64,000 nucleotides of DNA from a virus (IMGVR_UViG_3300009873_000015:4847-68846), one strand, 5' to 3'; shown: positions 10,990-19,115, numbered from the stretch's first letter. Numbers and translations are program-made. Notes: generated by a model from the letters alone, not told the origin.

Positions 10990-11861
10990 TATTGAAAGAA
11001 TTTAAAGTACTGGTTATACCAGCCGAGTTCTCTCTTTCTTTGTGCATCTACGTACTCACCATATCCTTTTTCTGTAGTTATGTTGTATGCGTCTAACCAA
11101 GCTTTTACTCTCTCGGACTGAGCCAGTTTGAACAAATCTCCATAGTTTCCGTCAGAGTTGAAGATTACATCCTGAAGTACTTTCTCTTTTATTGACCACT
11201 CATAGTAAGGAGTAATCAATGGATGAAATGGAAACAAAAGGTTCCCTTCTTCATCCTCCATAGTACCAAGATACATAATGTAAAGTTCACCTGAACGAAA
11301 TGGAGTATTTATGTGGTCATCCTCAATTGTTACTGTATATTTACCTTTGATACGCATGTTCGGACAAGACGCATGACAATATACATGCGACTGAGGAGAC
11401 ACATCCAACCCTACCAAAGTGTTAATGTTGTGAACTGTAGTTTGAGTATTTCTTAAAATTGTTACTGAGTAAGAGTCAGTGTTACCAAAAGAGCCCCTGT
11501 CAAGTTCTGCTTCATAGATTACATCTCTGTCAAAGGAGTTGTCAAAAGGATTTCTTCCCTCCATTGTCATAGTATTTGTAGCCTTTACAGCACCTACATA
11601 GTAAAGCTTTTCAAAATTAAGAGGAAGCTTAGCTTTGAAGTCTACTACCTGCAAACACTTTTGGTTAATTTGACGGATAGGGATTCCTAATCTGTCATTA
11701 CAAGCCATGATTACCTTAATCAATCGTCCTTCATCAATCATTCCCTCGTCATCCAACTTACGAAAATCTCTACGTACAATGGCTATGAGCTCAGATATTG
11801 GTCTAAGCTCAAATGTCTTTTTAGGGACTGGAACATGGAATGGTGTCTTATTATTTTCCAT
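10989..11861 (-). CDS. Hypothetical protein (290 aa)
   Basis: ORF; no motif recognised. Confidence 0.45.
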   Translation of the reverse strand: MENNKTPFHVPVPKKTFELRPISELIAIVRRDFRKLDDEGMIDEGRLIKVIMACNDRLGIPIRQINQKCLQVVDFKAKLPLNFEKLYYVGAVKATNTMTMEGRNPFDNSFDRDVIYEAELDRGSFGNTDSYSVTILRNTQTTVHNINTLVGLDVSPQSHVYCHASCPNMRIKGKYTVTIEDDHINTPFRSGELYIMYLGTMEDEEGNLLFPFHPLITPYYEWSIKEKVLQDVIFNSDGNYGDLFKLAQSERVKAWLDAYNITTEKGYGEYVDAQRKRELGWYNQYFKFFQ

Positions 11862-12304
11862 TAGCTTTTTAATTTTGCAAGTGACAGTTTATTTCTATGC
11901 TCCTCTGAAAATATTCTTCCTTTCTGAGACAATCCTATCTTTTTCCTGTGTTCTTCTGATAACTTTCTACCAGTTAAGGCTTCTGATAACTTTCTTCTGC
12001 TTTCCTCTGTACTTCTACCACATTTTCCGGGCTCTCTTATATTCATTAAATTAAAGCCACAATCAGTGTACTGCTTCCAATAGAAAACCTCATAATTATC
12101 CAAAATATCCTGTTCTACATCATCTGGAAGTTCACATATAACCTCGAAGTTATGATTATCATATCCATACTTCTGCAGCGAATTGTATATATGAATCTGC
12201 TTCTTACTACAGCTTTTGTAGTTGCTAAATCTTATCTTTGTATTTCTTGTCTGACCAATATAAACAGAGCCAGAAGGAGATGTTATTTTATAAATAGCTG
12301 TCAT
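11861..12304 (-). mobile_element. GIY-YIG homing endonuclease with NUMOD3 repeats
   Basis: N-terminal IYKITSPSGSVYIGQT (GIY...YIG). C-terminal repeats EEHRKKIGLSQKG and EEHRNKLSLA look like NUMOD3 motifs. Confidence 0.7.
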
Positions 12305-12978
12305 GACCTACGTGTTGGGTTTTTATTGATTTCTTCATCCTCTGGCAGTCTTTTTGATACACCAGCCAATAGCTCAACAGCTTTGGCCATCATCTCTGCT
12401 TCTAACCAGTCAGGTAGCTGAAAGTTTGTATCCAGATAACGTACACATGGAGGATTTTCTGCACAGCCATTTCTATCAGATACGTCATCTGTCCAGAATC
12501 CAAGAATGTTTACCTTGTGAGGATTATGTTCTGGAAACCAGAAGTAACCATCTGAGTAAAATGTGTACATCTGCTTCGACTTCTTCTGATAAGGGTCCAA
12601 ACGAATTGATTGCCAAGTAGTTGGAGTTGTAATATCCCATGCGGTAGAACCATCTACAGACGTGATACTTTTGATAATTGGACCATCTTCATCTGTCCAG
12701 AAATCAGGTATTTTACACTTCAGCCTATAGATTTTACAGTTTGTTTTAATAGGGCAACAAGGGTCCACTATTGATGTCTCAATTACGTCCTGACACAAAA
12801 GTGTCTGGAAATGTGATACACTCTTATAGATTGTACCTTTATTGATTTCTCTTTTTATGAGCCACTTTGCCTGTTCAAGAAGAGTCTGATAGAGAAACTT
12901 GTTAGTATAATTACTATCAGCATTTCTCTCTCTCAACTTGTTACGAAGTGAATCTATGACTTGACGTTTTGTACTCAT
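12301..12978 (-). CDS. Hypothetical protein (225 aa)
   Basis: ORF. Confidence 0.45.
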   Translation of the reverse strand: MSTKRQVIDSLRNKLRERNADSNYTNKFLYQTLLEQAKWLIKREINKGTIYKSVSHFQTLLCQDVIETSIVDPCCPIKTNCKIYRLKCKIPDFWTDEDGPIIKSITSVDGSTAWDITTPTTWQSIRLDPYQKKSKQMYTFYSDGYFWFPEHNPHKVNILGFWTDDVSDRNGCAENPPCVRYLDTNFQLPDWLEAEMMAKAVELLAGVSKRLPEDEEINKNPTRRS

Positions 12979-13514
12979 TTCTTTAATTTTTGTCTCCAGA
13001 CACTGGGTCCACCTGTTGTCACCCTTGCAATCCTGAGTTTATCAGGGTGCTTTGTTACATATTCATGTGCAAGTTTATTTAACTCACGGGTTTCATCAAA
13101 GGCATAAAACTGGAGTATTTTGTTGAACTTTACTGCCCAACGTCTTTCCCATTTTACTTTAGCTACCTTATCTCTTGTTGTAAGATTCAGGTAGGTAGCT
13201 CCTTCCGGGTCCTTTGCTTTGAATTTATAGGGAAGATATTGCAATTTTAATTCTCCGCAATGACTTCCTAACTTGACACCTAATGGATTCCAAATGGCTT
13301 CATGTCTAATCTTTGCTGCAATTTCCATCCAACATCCAAAGAAGAGTTCCCAGCTCATTTCTTTATGTTCTGGAAATTCTTTCTTAAATTTTGAGTATAA
13401 CTCCTTGGTAATCACCAGTTTAGAGAACTCACCTTTCCTCATACGAGGGGCCTTTCTGTCGTTACTGTATGTAGGCTTCATGGTTCTTCTTTTTCCACAG
13501 AAACCCTCCAGCAT
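12975..13514 (-). CDS. Hypothetical protein (179 aa)
   Basis: ORF. Its 5' end overlaps the 61-aa ORF in another frame. Confidence 0.4.
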   Translation of the reverse strand: MLEGFCGKRRTMKPTYSNDRKAPRMRKGEFSKLVITKELYSKFKKEFPEHKEMSWELFFGCWMEIAAKIRHEAIWNPLGVKLGSHCGELKLQYLPYKFKAKDPEGATYLNLTTRDKVAKVKWERRWAVKFNKILQFYAFDETRELNKLAHEYVTKHPDKLRIARVTTGGPSVWRQKLKK

Positions 13515-13647
13515 GACTGGTCTTCCCTTTTATTGCATAATGAATGCAGGTTCTGTCAATGTTAATGTATTCTGCTGCTACTTTGGTTGGTTTCACTTTA
13601 CACGTTAATTTTTTAGACATTATAGCTATTCCTACTACAATATACAC
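13462..13647 (-). CDS. Small DNA-binding protein with NUMOD1-like HTH (AGGFxW motif)
   Basis: Reads ...AAEYINIDRTCIHYAIKGKTSHAGGFLWKKK. This resembles the NUMOD1 C-terminal HTH found in homing endonucleases. Confidence 0.35.
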   Translation of the reverse strand: MYIVVGIAIMSKKLTCKVKPTKVAAEYINIDRTCIHYAIKGKTSHAGGFLWKKKNHEAYIQ

Positions 13648-13683
13648 ATTTTTAACCGGTTAGAAAAATTAACCTTGTAAGTT

Positions 13684-13716
13684 AAAAAAGGAAAGCCCCA
13701 CCATAAGGTGAGGCTT
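13684..13716 (-). terminator. Intrinsic terminator (minus strand) just after the stop of the metallophosphoesterase gene
   Basis: GC hairpin AAGCCCCACC / GGTGAGGCTT followed by a T-run on the minus strand. Confidence 0.5.
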
Positions 13717-13735
13717 TGAAGAAGGGGAACCGTGG

Positions 13736-15016
13736 TTACTTGAACCATATAGCTTTTGAGGAGATTCTGTATGAAGTTTTGTCGAGCACTTCCAGAAGAG
13801 CTCCTCCTCTTGCATTTCCATAATTAAGGTCTCCATAATCTGAATTACCAGAGACCGCCTGAACGTTTACATAACGTCCAAACTTACCATGTTGAACACC
13901 ATGCTGGTGAAGGTCACCTTTATAGAATGTAATATTTACATCTGGCGGGTTGAACCTTTTCGTAGCTACCAAATCGTACAGATATAAATCTGTTTTGGCA
14001 TCCAGTACTGCTGACATTGGTTTCTTCATGAATTTTTCATCCTTACCGTGACCCATAAGGATAAGATGATTTCCATATTCAAAACCATCCACTATATCAA
14101 AATAGCTTCTTCTTTCAACTTCAGGGAATTTGTTTTTCAGGTACATGTCAAGGAACTGGTTAGCCATATAGCTAAATCCAAGTCCTGAGTGATTTGAATT
14201 CTCTACGTCATGTACAAAGTATTTTGCACCAATCCCTGAAGAAAATAAGTCATTGTAGAAAGCAACTCTTGCGCACGTGTATATATCAAATTGTTCTTTA
14301 TTTGATAATGACTTTACCTCATGTCCACCTCTTGTAGTTTGAGAATTCCACCCATTCAGTTGGTCACCCAATGAAATTACGTGAACTTCCTCAAAAGTGT
14401 TATCCAGCATTTTAGCCTCTTCTACTATACAAAGAAGTCTTTCTTTATATGTCATATCAGAAGAACCATACATGTCTGTCAGATTAACTGCACCTGCGTG
14501 GTCGTCTGCAATAAGAATTACTAATGCTTTGTCATCTGTAACTCTACGAACAGGTAGACTATATGGAGTAATGTCTGGCATTATCTCCTTCAGTTTTTCC
14601 TGAAGCTCGTCAGTGGTATAGAAGTCTTTTACTCTGAAACGAAGGTCAACTGAGTATGTCCAATTTCCATTTGGAAGAAGCTTGTCCCATACCCGGGCAA
14701 CAGTAGTAGTTATACCATCAGCCCCTACGAGGTCTTCGATTTCCTTTGGAGTTAAAGGACGTGCAGATTCATATTTACGAACAGTTCCATCTGGAGTTGT
14801 TTCAGAACCTACATACTTTGCCAATTCAGCTTCCTGAGCTTTGATTACGTCATGAGCTTCAGCTACTTCTGCAGCATGTAGAAGCTTACGGGCTTCTATC
14901 TTAGCCTTATAAATGTCTTCTCTGGTTACTCCATATCTCGCAGCCAGCTTACCTGCTCCCATTTCCAAATTGTGAGGATGAGTTATGAATTTTAATGTTA
15001 AGTCTTTTACTGTCAT
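13736..15016 (-). CDS. Calcineurin-like metallophosphoesterase with N-terminal HTH-like region
   Basis: Motifs in order: IADDHAG, LGDQLNG, ENSNHSG, LMGHGKDE, GDLHQHG. This is the DxH / GD / GNH / GH / GHxH series of metallophosphatases. The N-terminus GKLAARYGVTREDIY looks like an HTH. Confidence 0.65.
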   Translation of the reverse strand: MTVKDLTLKFITHPHNLEMGAGKLAARYGVTREDIYKAKIEARKLLHAAEVAEAHDVIKAQEAELAKYVGSETTPDGTVRKYESARPLTPKEIEDLVGADGITTTVARVWDKLLPNGNWTYSVDLRFRVKDFYTTDELQEKLKEIMPDITPYSLPVRRVTDDKALVILIADDHAGAVNLTDMYGSSDMTYKERLLCIVEEAKMLDNTFEEVHVISLGDQLNGWNSQTTRGGHEVKSLSNKEQFDIYTCARVAFYNDLFSSGIGAKYFVHDVENSNHSGLGFSYMANQFLDMYLKNKFPEVERRSYFDIVDGFEYGNHLILMGHGKDEKFMKKPMSAVLDAKTDLYLYDLVATKRFNPPDVNITFYKGDLHQHGVQHGKFGRYVNVQAVSGNSDYGDLNYGNARGGALLEVLDKTSYRISSKAIWFK

Positions 15017-15030
15017 ATCTGTGTTTTAGG

Positions 15031-15055
15031 GAAAAAAAGGGAGCTTGTAGGCCCC
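15031..15055 (-). terminator. Intrinsic terminator (minus strand) after the 73-aa HTH gene
   Basis: Hairpin GGGAGC / GCCCCC with a 7-T run on the minus strand. Confidence 0.45.
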
Positions 15056-15072
15056 CTTCTAAAATAGGGAAA

Positions 15073-15294
15073 TTATAGATTTCGCAAGTAATTCTCACGC
15101 TCAACCCTAAGATTTCTGATAATACTCCTAATTGTTCTCAAGGAGCAGCCATATTTACTGGCCAGACGCTCGTCTGACCACTTAAAATATGACGGATTAG
15201 TTAACAGGTGCTGTCTGATTCTCTGTCTCATTTTTGACTTGGTTTTTAGGGTATACAGGTTGTACAGAACTCCGTATACGGTTAATAAAATCAT
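15073..15294 (-). CDS. Small HTH DNA-binding protein (likely true start MRQRI at about 15231)
   Basis: WSDERLASKYGCSLRTIRSIIRNL is a helix-turn-helix. Confidence 0.45.
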   Translation of the reverse strand: MILLTVYGVLYNLYTLKTKSKMRQRIRQHLLTNPSYFKWSDERLASKYGCSLRTIRSIIRNLRVERENYLRNL

Positions 15295-15478
15295 TCACAT
15301 CGAACCATGAATCTTGCCCAATATAGCCAATTATTTCGTCCATAATCTGGACAGGAACAAAGTATCCCTGTGGTGGAGCCTGTTGTAATGCAGCCTGTGG
15401 TGCAGATGGCTCCTGTTTTGCTACTTTAAGTTTTCTTTCCATACCACAAATATATGGTGAACTTTCCCTCGGTTCCAA
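15197..15478 (-). CDS. Hypothetical protein (93 aa)
   Basis: ORF; partly overlaps the HTH gene. Confidence 0.35.
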   Translation of the reverse strand: MEPRESSPYICGMERKLKVAKQEPSAPQAALQQAPPQGYFVPVQIMDEIIGYIGQDSWFDVNDFINRIRSSVQPVYPKNQVKNETENQTAPVN

Positions 15479-15499
15479 ATAAATTATGTTAAAATTCTG

Positions 15500-15910
15500 T
15501 TAACGGGTTATCTTACCTTCGCTAAAAAGCTTGTCGTATCTGGCTTGTAGCTTTTTCATCTCCTTGTTCATTTTTACCTTAATTCGCTTCTGCTTTGCTT
15601 TCTTTTTCTTTTCAGTTCGCTTCTTTACAGTTTTATTCTTTACAGTTTTATTTTCTCCCTTAGGGGTTTTAAAGAACTCAGAGAGTGACTTTTCTTGATG
15701 CTCCTTTTCATGACAACTTCTACATAAAGTTGTAAGGTACTTATCCGCAATCTCCCAAGGAGCCTTTCCCGGAGGATACCAGAGATGATGCACTTCTGTT
15801 CCTCTCTTACCACATTTGGTGCAGCAGTTTTGGTCTCTTAGCAAAATCTTGCTCCTTTTTCTTTTCCACTCAGGTCTGAGTAGAAGCTGTCTGTATTCTT
15901 CCTTGTTCAT
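15500..15910 (-). mobile_element. HNH endonuclease (136 aa)
   Basis: CCTKCG...EVHHLWYPPG...LCRSCHEKEH. This is the Cys-box plus HH...N...H pattern of the HNH family. Confidence 0.65.
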
Positions 15911-16279
15911 AGTAACTCCCTCCGTTAACGAACCCTAAAAAAACTGGCCAGATAGCCAGTCACAAAATTAGCTGCCCAACCGTAGCCTCAGCCCTTTTGT
16001 TTGATTTTATTACTAATACCCATTCCCACTCCACCGTGGGTTTTTGATGCATGCATCCTTGGGCTACCAGCCCCGTGTCATATCCTTGTTTCTCCTGACG
16101 GGGTTTGCAGAAATAAAAAAGGGCTCCCAGATTGCTCCAGAAGCCCTAACCCTGCTACGAGTTTAAACACAAATATGAAAATCTTTAACAGTCCTTCGTA
16201 GCAGGAAGCTTTCTGTTAGCACAAATATAGGGTGCCAGACAGCCCTGCTCCAAATTTAATTTGTTAAAAGATTGTTAAG

Positions 16280-16350
16280 TGGGATAGGAGATACTCGAAA
16301 TCTCGTGCCTACGTTTTACAGACGTTGCTTAGTGCCCTGCTATCTATCCC
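16280..16350 (-). tRNA. tRNA-like, anticodon GTA (Tyr-like), 71 nt, atypical D-arm
   Basis: Perfect 7-bp acceptor stem GGGATAG/CTATCCC. T-arm GAGAT-TTCGAGT-ATCTC. Anticodon loop CTGTAAA on a 4-bp stem. The D-arm is poor. Confidence 0.45.
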
Positions 16351-16352
16351 AT

Positions 16353-16438
16353 TGGTTGGAAGGGTGGGATTCGAACCCACAAACTCCGAAGAGGGTGAGG
16401 TTACAGCTCACCTGCTTTAGCCGTTTGCATACCTGCCA
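16353..16438 (-). tRNA. tRNA-Tyr (GTA), type II with long variable arm, CCA encoded
   Basis: T-arm GTGGG-TTCGAAT-CCCAC. Anticodon stem-loop GTGAG-CTGTAAC-CTCAC. Variable arm CTC-TTCG-GAG. Confidence 0.65.
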
Positions 16439-16443
16439 ATGTG

Positions 16444-16529
16444 CGGAGAACAAGAGAGTCGAACTCTCACTACCCGAAGGTAGACCTACTTAGCAGGTAG
16501 GTGCAGCAAACCGTATCTGCCTATTCTCC
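16444..16529 (-). tRNA. tRNA-Ser (GCT), type II
   Basis: Acceptor GGAGAAT/GTTCTCC. Anticodon stem-loop CCTAC-CTGCTAA-GTAGG. Long variable arm. T-arm GAGAG-TTCGACT-CTCTT. Confidence 0.75.
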
Positions 16530-16590
16530 AATCGTAGTTTTTAGGTCATATCGAGGGACCGGAGTTACGAGCTCCAAAACTCGGGGTATG

Positions 16591-16687
16591 CGGTAGGCAG
16601 AGGACCCGACCCCCATTCAGTAGTGCTTGCTACCGAAGCCACGTTTTCAAGACGTGTCGCATCTCCAATGACGCTGCTTTACCTACC
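16591..16687 (-). tRNA. tRNA-like, possibly Ser (TGA), with non-canonical T-loop and extended D region
   Basis: Acceptor-like pairing GGTAGGT/GCCTACC. Perfect anticodon stem-loop CACGT-CTTGAAA-ACGTG. T-loop variant GTCGGGT has G at position 58. The region is GC-rich within an AT-rich array. Confidence 0.35.
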
Positions 16688-16693
16688 TTGTTG

Positions 16694-16767
16694 TGCTCTG
16701 AGTAGAATTCGAATCTACAAGAAACTCATTTTGAGTGAGTTATGTCTCCCAGTTGCATCATCAGAGC
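16694..16767 (-). tRNA. tRNA, anticodon CAA (Leu codon UUG) but short type-I variable loop
   Basis: Acceptor GCTCTGA/TCAGAGC. Anticodon stem-loop ACTCA-CTCAAAA-TGAGT. T-arm GTAGA-TTCGAAT-TCTAC. Variable loop 5 nt. Confidence 0.6.
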
Positions 16768-16770
16768 ATG

Positions 16771-16843
16771 TGCCTCCAACCAGATTCGAACTGGTAAACT
16801 GGGTGTTTAAGACCCATACGGTTCCCGATTACGTCATGAAGGC
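16771..16843 (-). tRNA. tRNA, anticodon TAA (Leu codon UUA), type-I variable loop
   Basis: Acceptor GCCTTCA/TGGAGGC. Anticodon stem-loop TGGGT-CTTAAAC-ACCCA. T-arm ACCAG-TTCGAAT-CTGGT. Confidence 0.6.
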
Positions 16844-16847
16844 ATGG

Positions 16848-16921
16848 TAGCTCCTAAGAGATTCGAACTCTTACTTACAACATCCTAAGTGTTGTGCCTC
16901 TCCCAGTTGGGCTAAGGAGCC
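16848..16921 (-). tRNA. tRNA, anticodon TAG (Leu codon CUA), type-I variable loop; CCA encoded
   Basis: Acceptor GGCTCCT/AGGAGCT. Anticodon stem-loop CAACA-CTTAGGA-TGTTG. T-arm AAGAG-TTCGAAT-CTCTT. Confidence 0.6.
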
Positions 16922-16949
16922 AAATAAAAACCCAGCTACATGAGCTGGG
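16922..16949 (-). terminator. Intrinsic terminator (minus strand) closing a mini-gene cassette
   Basis: Perfect 7-bp hairpin CCCAGCT(5-nt loop)AGCTGGG followed on the minus strand by TTTTTATTT. Confidence 0.55.
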
Positions 16950-16974
16950 TTTAAACATTTTGGTCAAGATATAA

Positions 16975-17040
16975 TTATCCCAGCTCTATATCCTTTGATA
17001 AGAGTGATAAACTGGAATAATATGAATTGATTCTTTTCAT
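16975..17040 (-). CDS. Leaderless mini-ORF (21 aa, MKRINSYYSSLSLLSKDIELG) between promoter and terminator
   Basis: ATG lies 5 nt after the -7 box TATCTTTG. Stop TAA is immediately before the terminator hairpin. Confidence 0.3.
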   Translation of the reverse strand: MKRINSYYSSLSLLSKDIELG

Positions 17041-17045
17041 GCTGC

Positions 17046-17077
17046 AAAGATACAACATAATGTAAGGGATTCCAAAT
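17046..17077 (-). promoter_or_regulatory. Bacteroidetes-type promoter (TTTG, 20-nt spacer, TATCTTTG), minus strand
   Basis: Spacing and motifs match the -33 TTTG / -7 TAnnTTTG sigma-A consensus of Bacteroidetes. Nine similar promoter-like sites were found in this window. Confidence 0.5.
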
Positions 17078-17180
17078 ATTTCTTCAATTATTTTTGTGCG
17101 TCGAAGCCAGTAATTGTGGTAACACCTTCACCAAGGTCTGCATTTGCACAACAAATATACGGAATTTCTGGGATTCTACC

Positions 17181-17214
17181 AAATAAAAAACCTACTGGCA
17201 GGGTTATCAGTAGG
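17181..17214 (-). terminator. Intrinsic terminator (minus strand) downstream of tRNA-Ala
   Basis: Hairpin CCTACTG(10-nt loop)CAGTAGG followed by TTTTTTATTT on the minus strand. Confidence 0.55.
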
Positions 17215-17220
17215 TTAAAT

Positions 17221-17293
17221 GTGGAGGATACCAGACTCGAACCGGTGACTCCTGCGTGCAAGGCAAGTGTGTTAGCCATCTATACTAATCCCC
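17221..17293 (-). tRNA. tRNA-Ala (TGC)
   Basis: GGGGGAT...CTTGCACGCAGGAG...GGTTCGAGTC...ATCCTCCA. This closely resembles bacterial tRNA-Ala. Confidence 0.75.
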
Positions 17294-17296
17294 CAT

Positions 17297-17728
17297 TTAG
17301 GTGGGTTTAAAGACATCAAGGAAGTCATCAAGCTTCAGAAGGGCCAAATCAGAGGTTTTGTCATCTCCTCCTCTTACTCTACGGTATCTGTCCCAATGTT
17401 GTATCAGATAGGCCCTGAGGTCACCTGTTGGGCAGTAGTAGATTCTTTTCAGAACGTAAAACCAAGTATCAGCTTTTGAGGTTGCTATACCCGAAGCTTT
17501 ACCTCTGCTCCTGTACTCAATGGCTACGTTTCCAGTTTTGTCCCACATCTGGTCATGCTTGACCTCTGCAGTCCTTTGTCTTCCGTCTCGGGTAGTGTAT
17601 GAAATATCGTACCTACCATCATCGTTTGTTTGGATGTCAGTGCATCCCTCCTCCTTCAGGAACTCAATCACCTGATTTACAGATGCTTCTGATTCCGGAA
17701 GGTCTTCCTTGAAGTTGTATTTTCCCAT
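17297..17728 (-). CDS. PD-(D/E)XK-like nuclease-fold protein (about 143 aa; track ORF trimmed to first ATG clear of tRNA-Ile)
   Basis: GRYDISYT...RTAEVKHD gives a D...E-x-K arrangement. The longer track ORF overlaps the tRNA-Ile gene. Confidence 0.35.
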   Translation of the reverse strand: MGKYNFKEDLPESEASVNQVIEFLKEEGCTDIQTNDDGRYDISYTTRDGRQRTAEVKHDQMWDKTGNVAIEYRSRGKASGIATSKADTWFYVLKRIYYCPTGDLRAYLIQHWDRYRRVRGGDDKTSDLALLKLDDFLDVFKPT

Positions 17729-17805
17729 GTTGGCAAGCTGGATTCCGAGACCAGATGACTGCCGTATCAGAGCAGCATAATAACCTTTATATGACCTGCC
17801 AATAA

Positions 17806-17880
17806 GTACTCTCAACTGGACTCGAACCAGTACATCGCCAAGGTATAAGCTTGGTGCTGTCACCATTTAGCTATGAGAGC
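17806..17880 (-). tRNA. tRNA-Ile (TAT), decodes AUA
   Basis: Anticodon stem-loop CCAAG-CTTATAC-CTTGG. T-arm ACTGG-TTCGAGT-CCAGT. Acceptor GCTCTCA/TGAGAGT. Confidence 0.65.
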
Positions 17881-17885
17881 AAGAG

Positions 17886-17959
17886 CGGAACCTACGGGAG
17901 TCGAACCCGCACCGCACGGCGTGACAAGCCGGCATTGTAAACCATTCAACCAAGGCTCC
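17886..17959 (-). tRNA. tRNA-Asp (GTC)
   Basis: Anticodon loop TTGTCAC. T-arm GCGGG-TTCGACT-CCCGT. Acceptor GGAGCCT/AGGTTCC. Confidence 0.7.
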
Positions 17960-17966
17960 GTATGTG

Positions 17967-18041
17967 TACCGCATAGGGGACTCGAACCCCTGATGATTGC
18001 AGTGAAAGTGCAATGACTTAAACCAACTTGTCCAATGCGGC
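17967..18041 (-). tRNA. tRNA-Glu (TTC)
   Basis: Anticodon stem-loop TTGCA-CTTTCAC-TGCAA. T-arm AGGGG-TTCGAGT-CCCCT. Confidence 0.7.
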
Positions 18042-18104
18042 AGCTTCTGTATGTGTCTTACCCCTTGGCAGTGTCACTTAAAGCCTAACAGAGAGGCTTC
18101 CGGG

Positions 18105-18176
18105 AGCAGTAGAAGAATTTCGAAATCTCAGCCTTCTCCTTGGCAAGGAGACGCTCTACCTTTGAGCTACTACTGC
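18105..18176 (-). tRNA. tRNA-Gly (GCC), T-stem carries a T-T mismatch next to the loop
   Basis: Acceptor GCAGTAG/CTACTGC with discriminator T. D-arm TAGCTCAAAGGTAGAGC. Anticodon stem-loop TCTCC-TTGCCAA-GGAGA. T-loop TTCGAAA. Confidence 0.6.
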
Positions 18177-18272
18177 TTGAAGTACACGTTGGTCACCAGT
18201 TATTTCCAGTTAGGGGTGACTCCACGAAACTGGCCAGATGTTAGCAGGACGTGTACCTTGCTAACCCACGAG

Positions 18273-18343
18273 AGCGGAACATCGGATTCGAACCGACACC
18301 AGAGACTTGGAAGGACCCTGAACTACCATTATTCTAATCCCGC
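18273..18343 (-). tRNA. tRNA-Gly (TCC)
   Basis: GCGGGAT...CTTCCAA loop...GTCGG-TTCGAAT-CCGAT...GTTCCGCT. Discriminator U as in Gly. Confidence 0.65.
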
Positions 18344-18437
18344 ATGGAGCAAGTCTGGCTTCTACTGAAGCTTTAGGTACCTCTCTTGGCAGAGGGGCAC
18401 TATGCTGCCACATAACAACCTCCAACTTGCCGAGAGG

Positions 18438-18911
18438 TTAACGATATAATTCTGGGTGTCTACATACGTGGTCAGCAGCTTTTGTGGCCAACTGTTCTCC
18501 ACTTTTGAACGATGCATTCATGTTCAGACCTTTTACCCATCCTTTAAGAGCTTGTACTACCGGAGTAGATTTTGTCTTCTTAATATTAGAGTAGTCAAAC
18601 TCAAGAGCTTCTATTGCTACTGGAATTTCTTCAGTAATCAATAATGCTGCATCAACTGTTCTTACACCTTCTGTGTATAAACGTGAATACAAGTCTCTTA
18701 TCTTTGGTACTTCATCTTTCAGGTAGACAAAATGTGCACCTCTATGACCATAACGATAACATATACATGTTATGTAACGTGTAATCTTACCGTAGTCTTG
18801 AGAGTCAGTACCTACATAGATTCTCAGATTAGGCCAGAGGTTAATCTGTTCTAATGTGTGTTCAACTACGTTGACTTTCTCACCAGTATTGGTTTTGAAG
18901 TACTTTTCCAT
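18438..18911 (-). CDS. Hypothetical protein (157 aa), possibly RNase-H-like fold (GTDS motif)
   Basis: N-terminal LRIYVGTDSQDYG. Promoter immediately upstream at 18916-18947. Confidence 0.35.
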   Translation of the reverse strand: MEKYFKTNTGEKVNVVEHTLEQINLWPNLRIYVGTDSQDYGKITRYITCICYRYGHRGAHFVYLKDEVPKIRDLYSRLYTEGVRTVDAALLITEEIPVAIEALEFDYSNIKKTKSTPVVQALKGWVKGLNMNASFKSGEQLATKAADHVCRHPELYR

Positions 18912-18915
18912 TCTG

Positions 18916-18947
18916 CAAATATAATACCTAACTGACCCAAAACCAAA
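18916..18947 (-). promoter_or_regulatory. Bacteroidetes-type promoter (TTTG, 20-nt spacer, TATATTTG) with ATG 4 nt downstream (leaderless)
   Basis: Minus strand reads AAATTTGG...TATATTTGcagaATG. Confidence 0.5.
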
Positions 18948-18953
18948 TTTATG

Positions 18954-19027
18954 TTGCGTATATCAGATTCGAACTGATGGATGGCACCTTATGAGAGTGC
19001 TGCCTTTGTCCACTTGGCTAATACGCA
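18954..19027 (-). tRNA. tRNA with CAT anticodon (Met or Ile2)
   Basis: Anticodon stem-loop GCACT-CTCATAA-GGTGC. T-arm ATCAG-TTCGAAT-CTGAT. Acceptor TGCGTAT/ATACGCA. Confidence 0.7.
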
Positions 19028-19033
19028 ATATAG

Positions 19034-19115
19034 AAGCGAGGGCAGGATTCGAACCTGCGTCCTTTACGGCATAGGCTTATGAGACCTCGGAGCTGGGCCA
19101 CTACTCGACCTCGCA
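19034..19115 (-). tRNA. tRNA, anticodon CAT, with unusual long variable region (82 nt)
   Basis: T-arm GCAGG-TTCGAAT-CCTGC. 3-bp D-stem with 11-nt loop. Anticodon loop CTCATAA. About 13-nt variable region. Acceptor has a mismatch at 1-72. Confidence 0.45.
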
